DNA from: Cyanophora paradoxa CCMP329
Lineage: Eukaryota > Plantae > Glaucophyta
Length of the DNA stretch: 64,000 nt
Reading direction: 5' to 3'
Assembly (NCBI GenBank): GCA_004431415.1
Contig: QPMI01000610.1
Location: 248,001 to 312,000 of the forward strand
Position numbers and translations under genes: made by a program. Below are positions 35,294 through 47,689 of this stretch, one piece after another. A model generated the notes under the pieces. That model did no database searches, had not been told where the DNA came from, and saw only the letters and a program-made list of their open reading frames with translations. Each line of letters begins with the position of its first letter. Positions within the stretch are counted from its first letter, which is position 1.

Positions 35294-36362
35294 ATGGGGC
35301 GCGGTGGCAAGGCACAGGCTGGGGCTGTAAAGGTCCAAACTCGGCTGCAGCTTCGCGTCAAGAAGCAGACAGCAAAAGAGCGTGCCAAGCAGAAGGCTGA
35401 CACGCGCTGGACGAAGCGCCCTCCTGTGAGCCCGAAGGCTCAAGCAATGCTGCGCGCATACAACCCGCCAGAGCCCGCGCCCCCGAACCCGAAGGTGTGC
35501 CCTGCTTGTACGCCTTCCCGCCTCTTTCGCGCGCTGAGGCTGGGGCGGTCTCGCGCAATCGCAGGAATTCCAGGTTCCGGAAGAGGAGCTCAAGCGAGCC
35601 GTCGAGCGCTCGCAAAGGTACACGCCGGTCAGGGCGACTACGGTCAAGCTGGAGGTCAACGCCTTTCCCGTCATAGCCCTAGCTGCCGCGGCCCAGCGGG
35701 CTGATCGAGCGTTGCGTGAGTCTAACTGGATGCATGCTCTGCAGAAATTCAAGACCGAGGACGGCCGGGGCACGGGTGTGCGGACCCTCGAGCGCATCAA
35801 GGCAGGACAGGTGCTCAACTCGCGCACCCGGCGCCACGGACGATCGGCTGATCGCTTCATGGCGCAGTTCGTTTGTGAGTACGCTGGAAAGAACATTACC
35901 GAGAAGGAGGGCAAGCAGCGGGAGCTCAAGTATGTTGCCGAGAACGCCCAGGACTGGTACTTCTACTACTACCAACTGGGAAGTCGGCGCATGTGGTGAG
36001 TGGATGGCGCGTGCTTTCGAGCTTCCGCCGTCACCCGCTCAACCTGTTCTTCCCCCGCAGCGTCGACGCGATGCGCGACGAGCGGGGAATCTTCGGGCCG
36101 CCGGGCTTCGGGCGGATCATCAACCACAGCCGGACGAAGCCCAACCTGTGCACGCGGTGCGCTTCCCTTTTCTTCGCCAGCGCCGCGGCGGTTCGAGGCC
36201 GAGCGCAGGGCGCTGATGGTCCCCGGCACGGGGGACAAGCCGGACATGCCGCGGCTCTTCCTCTTCGCCATCCGCGACATCGACGAGGGCGAGGAGCTCC
36301 TCTTCGACTACGGCGACCGCGACGGGAAGAGCGTGCAGAACAACCCGTGGCTTCTCCACTAG
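35294..36362 (+). CDS. SET-domain lysine methyltransferase, PR-Set7/SETD8 (KMT5A)-like
   Basis: GRGTGVRT...GQ|FVCEYAGKNI...RELKY...YFYYY...|VDA...GRIINHSRTKPNL...PRLFLFAIRDIDEGEELLFDYGDRDGKSVQNNPWLLH*. The DYGDR....PWL terminus without post-SET cysteines is the SETD8 pattern. Confidence 0.85.
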
Positions 36363-36800
36363 GCCCCGCCCGCTCCTCGTCCCTCCCTGAGTCCCCTCGC
36401 CGAGTCCCAGGGCTCTCTTTGCGTAGAAGCCCCTGTTTCTTTCTTCTTTTTGCGGCCTCCTTTTTCGATTCCGCTGGCATAATGGGGCGCCGCCCTTTTC
36501 CCTCGGGCGGCTAGCCCCCGGCTCCTTTTTCAGTTCTTTGAACTTGATCCCCACATCCTATACATTAGATGCGTGTATGCAGTTAGGCAGAGCGAGGAAG
36601 CAGCGTTAGCACTCGGCTAGGAAAGTCTGTAGGCCGAATAAAAAAGACCGTTGTCAACCCGATGGACCCCCGCGAACGCAGCATCGGGCGTACGCTTCTT
36701 CAGGACGTCTCTAGATCTGACTAACTAGCTATAGGGTCGGTCATGCACTGCTGCAGCTGCGGAGGGGGACCACCAGCCGCTGAGCGAGGGCGGCGTCCCG

Positions 36801-39800
36801 CTAGCGGCGGCCCTTGCGGGCGGGCTTGGCAGACGGCTCCTCCTCCGTCTCCCCCGAGGCGGCGGTGCCTTCCGCGTCCGTCTCCTGCGCAGAGGCGGCG
36901 GAGCTCCCAGGCCCCTCCAGCGAGCCGGCGCGCCCGCGCTTCCCCTTCCGCCCGCCCGCCGCCGCTCCCGCCGCCGCCTCCTCCGGCGGGCGCGGCACGG
37001 CCGGCACGGGCGAGGGCGTCGTGCGGGCGCGCTTCGGGCGGGGCTCCTCCGCTGGCGCCGGCTCGCCGGGCGGCGCCGGCGGCGCCGTCAGGAACGACGC
37101 GAGCTGCGCCAGCAGCCGCGACACCTTCCCCTTCGGCTTCGCCGGCTCCGGCTCCGCCGCCGGCGCCGGCGCCGGCGGGGCGGCGGGGGCGGGGGCGGGG
37201 CGGGGGCGGCGGCGCCGACGCCGGCTCTTCCGCCTCGGTCGGGCCTCCTCCTCGACCTCGATCGCCTCGCGCCGCCGCTTCTTGCCGCGCCCGCCCGACG
37301 CCTGCTTCGCCCGCTGCGCCGAGCTCGGCGCTGCTGCCGCCTCCCCCTCGTCCTTCTCCTCCGCCTTCGCCTCCTCGGCGGCCGCCGCCGCCGCCTTCTC
37401 CGCCGAGGTGGCGGCCTTCTGCGGCCGCCCCCGCCGCCCCGGGCTCTTCGGGCTCTTCGCCGGCGTCGCGCCGCTGCCGGAGGCCTGCGGCGCTGGCTCC
37501 TCCGCCTTGGCGGCGGCGGCGGCGGCCTTGCCGCCGCGCCTCTTGCTCGCGGCCGGCGGCTCCGGCTTCGCCTCCTCCTCCGCCTCCGCCTCCTCCGCCG
37601 CCTCCTCCGCCGCCTCCTTCCCCGCATCGCTCTTCCGGCCCTTGCCCCGCTTCTTCCCGGGGCTCTTCGGGCTCTTCTCCGCCGCCGCCGCCGCTGCTGC
37701 TGCTGCTTCCGCCGCTCCTGCCGCCGCCTCAGCCTCCTTCGCAGCCGCCGCCGCGGCCTCTTCCTCAGCCGCGGCCGCGGCCGCTAGTTCTGCCTTGCTC
37801 CGCCGGCCACGCTTCTTGCCCGAGCTACCGGGCACGGGCGGCGCGGGCCGCTCGGGGGCCGCTTCCGGCACGGGGGCGGGTTCGGGCTCTGGCGCAGCCT
37901 CCGCCTTGCTGCCACGGCCACGGCCCCTCCCGCCGCTCGCCCGCTTCGCTGCTGCTGTCGGCGTCTTCTTTGTCTCCGCCTCCGCCGCCGCCGCCGCCGC
38001 CGCGCGCGCCGCCGCCGCAGCTGCGGCCGCCGCTTCTGCAGCTGCCGCGGCCGCGGCGGCCGCCTCGGCGCCCCTGCCGCGGCCCTTGCCCTTGCCCTTG
38101 GCGGCAGATGCGGCAGGGACCTTGGCCAGGCTCGAGGGGAGCGGAGGCGGCGGGGCAGTTCCGGGACGGGCGCCGCCGCGGCCGCTGCAGCCGCCGCCGA
38201 GGAGGAGGAAGCGCGGGCGCGGGCGCGGCCGCCCTTGCTCCCGCGCTTGCTGGAGGAGGGGGCGGGAGGGGCGGCCTCGGCCTCGTCGTCGAGGAGGCCG
38301 CCGGCGAACTCGGCGGCGGCGGCCTCGGCAGTCGCCTCGATCTCGTCGTTCTGCGCCTCGCGCCGCTCCGCCGCCTCCCGCGCCGCCTCCCGCGCCTCCC
38401 GTGCCTGCTCCGCCTCCACCGCCGCCTCCACCGCCTCCTCCGCCTCCTGCCCGCCGCTCTTCCGCTGCCCTCCCGTGAGCCCGCCAGCTGCGCCAGCTGG
38501 GGCGGGGCGGGGCGGGGCGACGCACCCCGCGGGGCCGCAGGCGGGCGGCGGCGCGGGCGCGGAGCGCCTCGCGGATCTCGGCGCGGTGGAGGGCGAGGGT
38601 CGCCCGCACGAGCGCCCGCTTCTTCTTCTCGCGCGAGTGCACCACGGCCAGGATGATGCGGCCCCGCTCCTGCCCGCGGCGTCAGGCCCGGGGAGGGGGA
38701 GGAGAGGCGGGCATGGGGGCCCGCGCACGAGGGCGCCGCGGAGGCGCATGCGCTTCTTGGCGGCCTCGGAGGGGCCCTTGCGGGACGAGGTCGGCTTGCC
38801 GCCGCCCCTCCGCTGCGCCGGGGGCGGGGCCGCCGGCCGCCCCGAGACGCGCGTCTTGCGGCGCCGCGCGGCGTCCTCGGACTCCTCGGCTTCGGCGGCG
38901 GCGGCGGAGGAGACGCCCGAGGGGCCGGCGACGGGCTCCGGCGCCGCCTCCGCGGCTGCGGCGGCGGCGGCGGCCTCGGCCGCCTTCGAGCCGCGCTTCC
39001 TGGCGGCCCCGGAGGGCCGCTTCTCCTTCGCGGCGGGGGCGGCTCCGTCGGGGGCGGGGGCGGCGGAAGAGGAGGAGGCGGAGGGGCCGAGGGCGGCGGC
39101 GTGGCGGGGGCAGAACATGCGGCGGATGAGGAGGGAGCCGCTGGGCTTGGCGGTCATGGCCGTCCCCGCGCGCAGGGCGCAGAGGACGTGGAAGTGCGTC
39201 GAGCAGCGCCCGTTGCGCCCCGCGCAGCCGATGCAGGCGCCGCCCTTCTCGGAGCAGAGGCCGCACGTCAGGAGGAAGCGCGCCGCGATGACGCTCGAGG
39301 CGTCCACCGTGTCGCCCTCAGCGTCGAGGCGCCTGCAGGGGCGGCTCGCGGGCGGCGCCCGGGGGCGGGGCGGGGCGGGAGGGCAGCGCACGTCTCGGGG
39401 AGCCACTGGTGGCAGGCGACGTGCACCCACTCGCCCGCGCCCGTCCGCTTCATCGGTGGGCCTGGCGCGCCCGCCTTCGCCGGGCCCCGGATCGGGCACA
39501 GCGCGCACGCCTGGGCGGCCGGTCACGAGGCGAGCCGGCGGTGACGGGGGGAGGGCGCCGGGGAGGGGTACCGGCGGCTTCTCGAAGTCCTCGCCGGCGG
39601 CGCAGAGGGCGCACTTCCACTCGTCGTCCGCGTCCGCCGGCACGTTGTAGCATCTCTGCGGGGCGCGTCAGCGGCAGCGGGTGCGGAGGCGGGGCGGCCG
39701 GGCGCGCCCTGTGGACGACGAGCTTGCAGGTAGAGCACTCGACGGGGGCCGACCCGTCCGTGTCGGGGCCCTCGTGCCCGCAGACGCCGCACCCCGGGCC

Positions 39801-42800
39801 CTCCCCCGTGCCCGCCAACGGGGCCGGCGCCCGCTCCACGGGCTTGGGCTCCGCCGCCGCCGCCGACTTGCGCGCGCGCGGGCGCGCCTCGCCCGAGGGC
39901 CGCGCCCGGCCCTTCTTGGGCGCGGGGCGGCCCCTCCTCGGGATCCTCGGCGCTGCTGGCGGAGCCCTCGCCGGCGGCGGCGGAGCGGCGGCGGCGGGCG
40001 GGCCCGGCGGAGCCGCGACGGCCGCGGCCGGGGCGGCGGCGGCCCCTGCCGGAGCCGAGGAGGTCGTGGGCGACCTCGGCGAGGACCTCGTCGGGGAGCT
40101 CGAGGTCCTCGTCCTGCAGGAGGCCCTCCGCCCGCAGCGCCGACGGGTCCCAGTCGTCGTCGCTCTCGTCCGCAGCCGCCCCGCCCCCCGCCGCCTCCGA
40201 GCCGGCCTCCGACGCCTCCGCCGCCTCCTGCGCGGCCTTGGCCTTGCCCGCCCTGCCCCGCCCGCTGGAGGGCGCCTTCGGCGTCTCCTTCGGCGTCCCC
40301 TTCGGGGTCCCCTTCGGGGTCCCCTTCGGAGTTCCGCGGGCGCGGCTCGTGGAGGACGGCGGCGTGCGCCCCGCGGGGGCCTCCGGCGCCGTCGCCGGCA
40401 GCCTGGGGCGCGAGCTGGAGCTCTTGGGCGGCAGCGGGTCCCCGGTGCACCAGCCGCGGTGCCGCCCGAGGGCGAAGCGGTTCTTGAAGCCGCGCCCGCA
40501 GCGGTCGCAGATCTGCCCCAGGCCCTCGTCGTTCTCCGCCGCCGGTTTCTTGATGCGGATCTTCAGCGGCCGCATCTCCGGCGGCGGCTCGCTCTGCCGC
40601 CGCGTCTTCCCGCCTGACGGCGGCGCTTGCGGCGGCGGCCGTGGGGCGGGCGCCGGCGGCGGCCCCGCCGACTCGCGCGCCTCCGGCGGCAGCGACTTGG
40701 CGCGCCTCCGCTCCGTGTCCTTGTTCGGCTTCTTCAGGTCGAGGTCCTGGCGAGGGCGGCGCTGAGTTCGAGCACAGGCGGCCGGCAGCCGGCGCGGCGC
40801 ACCCGCGTGTGCATCGGGCAGAACATGAGGCGGTTGAAGTTGCCCGAGCCCGGCGGCCGCTCCTCGACGTCGACGCGCAGCGCCGCGCGCTGCCCGCAGG
40901 AGGCGTGCATGGGGCGCACGCAGCCCATGCCGCCGCTCTTGCCGACGTAGCCGCACTGGATGCACGCGCCGGCGCCCTTCTCACCGCAGAGGCAGCACTT
41001 GAGGCGGTAGCGCGCCTTCTCGACCTTGGCCAGGTCGACCACCTTGTCGTTGCGCCCGATGCTCGGCTCGGGCAGCCAGTTGACGCACTCGACGTGGCAC
41101 CACTTGCCGCTCTCCCCGGACACCGGCTTCAGCATGCCGCCCATGAGCGGACAGAGCTGGCACGACTGCGCGGGCGGTTCGCGCGGCTTGAAACGGAGGG
41201 AAAGGAAGGCAGAGGGGCGGCGGACCAGGTCGTCCGGGTCCTCGCCGGCGCGGCAGGGCTGGCACTGCCAGGGGCCGGAGGGGGCGTCGTCGAGGCCGTA
41301 GCACGTGGTGGCGTGCACGAGGCCGCCGCAGCCGGCGCAGCGGATGAGCGGGTTGTCCTCCGTGTTCTCGTCCGTCCCGCACACGGAGCAGTCGCCCTCC
41401 TCGCCCGGCGGCACGCGGCACGGGCCCGTCGCGCTCCCCGCCTTCTTCGTCACGCTCACCCGCTTCACGACCTGCTCCGGCGCCGGGGCCGCCTTCTTCT
41501 TCCCCGGTGGCGGCGCGCTGGGCCCGGCCGACGACTCGGCGTCTGCCTTGGGGAGGCGGATGCGGAGGCGGTTGGGGGAGGTGGAGCCGCCGCCGTCCGC
41601 CGCGGAGGGCGTCGGCGAGGGCGAGGGCCCCGCGGCGGCCTCCGCTTCGCCGAAGGCGCCCGAGAGCTTGTTCCTTTTCTGGTTCGCCGGCGCGATGGTC
41701 CCCAGGTTCTTGCGCTTCTCCGCGTCGGGCCGCGGGTCCTTCGCGTCCCGCTCCTGCGCGGCCGTCAGCGGGCGGCTCGGGGCGGGCAGGCGTGCAGGCC
41801 GGCCGACCTTGCTGTGGCGGGGGCAGAACATGAGGCGGTTGAAGTTGCCCGAGTCGGGCGGGTTCTCGACGAGGTCGACGCGGAGAAAGGCGCGCTGCCC
41901 GCAGGAGGCGTGCATGGGCGTCGTGCAGCCGACGCCGCCGCTTTTGCCGACGTAGCCGCACTGGATGCACGCGCCGGCGCCCCGCATGCCGCAGATGCAG
42001 CAGCGGAGCTTGTGCCGCGCCTTCGCGACCTTGTGCAAATCGATGATCTTGTCGTTGGGGCCGACGGCCGGCTCGGGCAGCCAGTTGACACACTCGACGT
42101 GGCACCACTTCGTGTTGCTGCCCGCGACGCCCTTCAGCATGCCGCCCTTCGCGGGGCACAGCTGGCAGGACTGCGCGGGCGCCGCCGAGTCAGCAGGGGA
42201 GGGAGGGGGCGGCGGGTCGGAGGGCGGACGAGGTCGGCCGGGTTGAGGCCGGCGCTGCAGGGCTGGCACTCCCACGGCCCGTCGGGGACGTCTTCGAGGC
42301 CGTAGCAGGTCGTCGCGTGCACGACGCCGCCGCAGCCGGCGCAGCGGATGAGCGGGTTGTCCTCCGTGTTCTCGTCCGTCCCGCAGACGACGCAGTCCCC
42401 GGCCGCCTCGCCGGGCTTGATGACGCACGGGCCCGACGCCGTGCTGCGCGGCTTCCCCGCCTTCCCCTTCTTCTTCTCCTTCACGTCCTTCGTCTTCCCC
42501 TTCCACGTCTCCCTGCGCGCCGCGCGGACCGGCGTGAGGCCGGCGCGCGAGGCTCCGCGGGCGCCGGGGGGCGCACTGCGCGACGAGGGCGCCGCCGGCC
42601 TGGAGCTGCTCCTGCTTCTCCCGGAACCGTGGCTCCCGCTGCGATCCGCCGTTCAGGAGCGGGGGGCGCGCGCGGGGCGGCCCAGCGGGAGGGGCCGCAC
42701 CGAGTGCTTGACGCAGCGGGAGGCGAACTCGACGGAGCCGTCGGGGCGAGGGCGCGTGAAGATGTCGAACCCGACGCGCAGCGCGCACGGTGCGTGGTAG

Positions 42801-45800
42801 CTGTTCGCGCACTGGCCGTGCACGCACTGCACGCACGCCCCGCCCCGCCGCCCGCACCCCTCGCAGTCCTGCCGCGCCGCGCAGAGCGCGTCACAACGCG
42901 CCGCCCGCGAGCTCGGGGCGCGCCCGCACCAGGCGGAAGCGCTGGCGGTTGATGCCGCCGAGGTTGCCGACCAGCTCGCAGGAAGCCGGATTTCCGAAGT
43001 AGAGCTCTGCGGTACCCGGGGCGGGGCGGCGTGTGAGCCGAAAAGGCGCGGGAAGCATCCAGAGGGGGCAGAGGGGCGGACCGGGGAGGAGCTGGGCGCA
43101 GACGATGTGGACCCAGTTGCCGTCGTCGGTGGTGGTGAGGGCCCCGCCGCGGATGCCGCAGGCGGCGCAGGGCGGCTGCGGGTCGCCGGCGGCGCACGGC
43201 CGGCAGAAGAACTCGTCCTCGTGCGTGTCCTCCACCCCGTAGCAGCCGGGGTGCTGCCGGGCGGGGCGCGTTGGGGGTACAGCGGCGCGGGGCGGCGGAG
43301 GGGGGTACGCACGACGCCGACGCCGCAGCCGTCACAAACGAGGATAGGGTTCTCGTCGGAGGCCTCCAGCGAGCCGCAGACCTGCCGCGGGGTTCAGCGG
43401 ACGGTCCAAGGCCAGCGCGGACGCGGTCGGCGCGCCTTGCACTCGTCGGGATCCTCGGGGATTTCGGCAATCGCCCGCTGCTGCCTCGGTCGGCCCGCCT
43501 CGCCCCTCGGGGGGCCGGCCGCCCCGCCGGTCGACTGTCGCTGCGGCTGCGGGAGGGGCTGCGGCCCGCGGCCGGCATCGACCATGGGGCGGAAGGCTCC
43601 CTGCGGGTTCCGCATCGCCTCCTGCGGGGCGGTCAGAACGAGACAGGGGAACGCGATGCCTGGCTCCGACCATATGCTTGCGGCAGAAGATGCGGCAGGT
43701 GCCGGCCACGTCCGGGGGGAACATGGGGAGCCCGGCGGCCCGGGCGCAGAGGGGGTGGAAGGGGACGGTGCAGGTCCCGTGGGCGCACTGGACGGGGGCG
43801 CCCGCCTGCTTGCGGCAGTAGACGCAGACGAGGCTGTAGCGCTCCGCGGGGACGGCCGCCAGGTTGACCACGTCCACCTGGTCCGGCCGCTCGTAGAACG
43901 CCTCCTGCGCGCGCGATGAGCGAGGGCGAGGGGCCTGCGGCGGGCGGCGGGCGGCGGGCGGCGGGCGGCGGGCGGCGGCGCTGGCGCACGGGGACAGCAT
44001 TCGCGCAGGCGATGTGCGCCCAGCCGCCGTCGTTCGTCGCCGACAAGGCGCCGCCGGCGACGGGGCAGAGCGCGCACTCCTGGGAAGGGCAACGCGGTTC
44101 GAGCGGTGCGCGGGGGCCCGGGGCATGAAGGGGCACCTGGGGGTTGGGGAAGGCCTGGAAGCAGGGGCAGCAGAACCAGGGGGTGTCGGGGGGCACGGAG
44201 ACGCCGTAGCAGACGGGGTGGACGGCGATGTCGCAGCGCTCGCAGACAAGCAGCCGCTCGCCGGGCCCGTGCCGCACGCCGTCGCACACCGCGCACTTGC
44301 GCTCCTCGTCGACCCCGAGCCCCTTCGGCTCCCAGTTGTACTGCCCCCCGCGTGAGCCGCGCAAAGAGAAGGCCGGCGGCAGCCTGCGCGCACCTGGCAG
44401 GGCCCGCAGAGCCAGCGGTCCTGGGGGAGGTCCCACACGCAGTAGCAGTGCTGGTGGAAGGCGCGCGCGCAGCGGTGGCAGAAAACGAGATTGTTTCCGG
44501 GCTGGCTCTCCTCCCCCGTGCACATCCCGCACGCCCGCCCCGCATCTGCCCCGGTCCGCATCCGGTGCGCCGCGCGCCCGTAGTGCGACGGCAGGCCGAC
44601 AGGCGGTGGCCGCGGGGGCATAACGGCTTGCTGCTGCCGCGGGCCTTGTGACGACTGCCGCCCTAGCGAGGGCCGCCCATTCGAAGGCTTCTTCTCCTTC
44701 TTGCCCTTCTCGCGATTCTTCCTCTCCGGGTGCTGCGCGCGAGTCAGGTGCGACCGGCGCGCGGGGCGGGGCGATGGTGCACGAGGGCGTAGAGCTTGTC
44801 GGAGTTAATCGCGGCGAAGCGGGCGGCCTCGGCCGGCGCAGCGGCCTCCACATTCGCGAGCAGGCGGCTCCTGAGGGCCAGGTTCGCCCGTATGCGCTCC
44901 GCCAGCTCCAGCTGGCGCTCCTGGATCGCCTCCAGCACTTCGTCCTCCTCCTCACCCTCGTTCGGGGGTCCCGCCTCGTCCGCGTCCGTCGGCGGGTCGT
45001 CCTCCTGCTCCGCTGCGCGAGGCTCAGCGCGCGGCGGGTGGCCGCGTAGGACCGAGCAGGCGCACGTGGTCGCAGGGAGTAGTGTTTGCCGAGGCGCGGG
45101 ACGTAGAACGCGTCGTCCCAGCCGCCCGTGGCGGCCAGGTCCTTCACGAAGAGCGCCGACTTGTCTGAATCCACTACAGGGCGGAAGTACACCTCGATGT
45201 CCTCGTGCTCGAAGATACACTCCTCCTCATCCGACTCCTCGTCCTCGTCCTGCTGCTGCTCGCGCGCGCTTGCCCGACCCTGCTTCCGCTGCCGCTGCCG
45301 CGAGGGCCCGTCCACGGGCGCGCTCGAGCTGCTGGATACATGCGAATGCAGGTGGCTCATGTCGAGTGAGCTTGGAGACTGCTGGCCGGGCGGCGGCGAG
45401 GGCGCGAATCCGAGAGGGCTCTGCATCCCATGCAGATCCATGCCGCGCTGATCGTGCACGCCGAAAGGCATCGACGCTGGTGGCATCTCGCTTCCGGGCA
45501 TGGGAAGGACGAACTGCGCCGGCGCGCCAGACATCCCGCCGGGAGGCGGGAACGTGGACATCATCGCCGCGGTCGCCGCGAGCACAGGGTCGACGGGATG
45601 ATACGGCTGCTGGAGGTACGCGGGTCCCGCTTGTGCCTGCGGCCACGCCCCAGCGCCAGCGGCAGCCCAGCCCGCCGACGAGCCGAATGGCATGCCTGCG
45701 ATGCCGCTCAATGGCATGCCTGCAATCGGCGCTGACTGCGGCAAGTGGGGAGGCCTCCCGCCTGCGAGAGAGGGCGCGGGTCATTCAAACTTGGTCGACA

Positions 45801-45885
45801 GGACGAGCGCTAGAGGCCGGCGGATCTGCGGGACTCTGAAGTTTGGATGCTCACCTCCGCCGGAGGCCTGCCCGAGGCGAGGCAT
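36801..45885 (-). CDS. Large chromatin reader: Ada3-like N-terminal segment, one extra PHD, five PHD + extended-PHD (PZP; BRPF/JADE/AF10-type) modules, a C2H2-like finger and a basic tail
   Basis: Repeated CxxC...NPLIRCxGC...VHxxCYG...WxCxxC plus CxLC...GGxLK...WxHxxC...CxxC...GACIQC...HxxC...FCxxH near 44.3-43.7, 43.4-42.7, 42.4-41.8, 41.4-40.8 and 39.8-39.1 kb; ICDRCGRGFKNRFALGRHRGWC near 40.5 kb; GRRGRPQK in tail. Proposed start MPRLGQASGG at 45885. Confidence 0.88.
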
Positions 45886-46013
45886 TGATCCCGGTTCCTC
45901 GACGCAATCGTTTTGCGAACGAAGTTGGGGTACAGGGGCGTCAACAAGGCTGTACCCCTAGCCGCGGCAGCACTGAACTGCAGCGGCAGCAGCGGCGGAC
46001 CAGCATAGCCGTG

Positions 46014-47607
46014 ATGGGTAAGAAGAGCAAGAAGACGTCAGGTAGTGAGACGCCGAACTACTCGGCCAGTGGGACTCCCAACTATGCAGCGCCCGGTGGC
46101 GCGATGTCGCCTCGCGTGCACGGACTACACGGCACGCTCCAGGCAAGCTACAGCCGGACACCACGCGCAGCTCGGCGCACGCAGGCCCCTGCACCCGCTG
46201 ATCTTGCTCCGCGACAGGTCCAGATCTTCAAAGGAAGAGATTTCGACTGCAAACGTGCGTTTCCCGAGTTATCCGCCCGCGCCCTAGCGAAGGGCCTCCG
46301 GCTCCTAGCTACCATGCCTGGAGTGTCGCGAGATCTGTATGCGGTGGCTATAATGCTTGCTCTAAACCAAACGCAACCGCATTCGATATACGGCCAGCGC
46401 CAGGCGCGGGCACGATCAGCGCGCCTATGCAACGCCAATACTCGGCGTTACCTCCGACTTGCTTCCCGCCTTGCCTATCCCACCCTGCGACGCTCTCCCA
46501 CGATGGATCTTGCTTCCGCAGGCGCTTTCATCTCGCTGCGGGTTGGCGACGTGGAGGTGGGGACGCCAGTGACTGAGATCACGCCCCAGGTTCCTAGCGC
46601 CGCCGCCCCGCGCCGCCGCCCCGCAGCGAGATGAAGGTGCCGGCAGGGTGAAATGGTGTGGAACCAGGAGCACACATTCAACGTTGACAGGAACACGAAG
46701 GCGCACGTATGCGTGCAAGTGATAGACGCGGACACGTCCACGCGCATGGGTGGGCCCGCCCCAGCCCCCGAGCCATCCTTCTCGTGCTTCCGTCCCGTCT
46801 CTGACACCTGCGGCAGGATACGTGGAGGTCGATTTCGCGAAGATGGCTCATCGCACGGTGCGGGGCGGCGCAGCGCTGTGCGGCAGCGCGGCGGCCTGAC
46901 GCCCCCGCAGCCGCCGCTGGTGGACACCTGGCTACCCCTCGCCCGCTCCGCGAACGTAATCAAGGGCACGCTCCACATGCTCTTCTTCTTCAACCACTTC
47001 CGTGCGCCCGCCACGCCGCCGCGTCGCTCCTTTGGGCGCCCCGACACCCCGCAGCCGACTCGAACCGCTACGGCAACGGCATTCACGAGAGCGGGTACAC
47101 CAGCCCCGGGACGCCGAACACGATGACTCCCCTCTTCCCGCCCCGTATCATGGGCCAGACGAGCGCGGCGGCTCCCGCCTCGCCCTCGCCGGCGACGGCC
47201 GCCGCCGCCCCCACCTACGCCCTCACGCCGCAGCAGGTGCTCCGCCCGCGCCGCGCCGCGCCGCGCCGCGCCGCGCGGGCCTCTGACCGAGCCGGCGGAA
47301 GCCGGCGCTGGACATGTCGGCAGCGACGCTGCAGAGCGAGGCGTCGCCCTCGCCGGCCGTCTACAAGCCGCGCCAGTACTCGAGCTTCTCGGCCTCGGCG
47401 GAGGACGGGGACGAAGCGCCCAGGCCCTTCCAGCTCCAGGAGGGCGCCGGCTCGACCGTCCCCTCCCGCTTCTCCTGCCTCGCCTGCCTCCCGCTCTTCA
47501 GGCCCAAGGCCCCCGAGCTTCCGCGGGCCCCGACCCCCAAGAACCCGTTCGCCCCGCCCGTCGAGCCCGGCTGCGGAGCCCTCCTCGCCCACTGCAGCCA
47601 ACTCTGA
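46014..47607 (+). CDS. C2-domain protein with possible C-terminal CaaL motif
   Basis: GTLQ|VQIFKGRDF...AFISLRVG...VWNQEHTFNV...VCVQVIDAD...DTWLPL...KGTLHM follows the C2 strand pattern; ends GCGALLAHCSQL*. Confidence 0.75.
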
Positions 47608-47689
47608 CCTCCAGCCCGATCCTGCCCCGCTGTATCATAGATCCTGTCGCGAGTCTTGTAGAGAGTAAATGAAGGCAAGCTATATGGAG

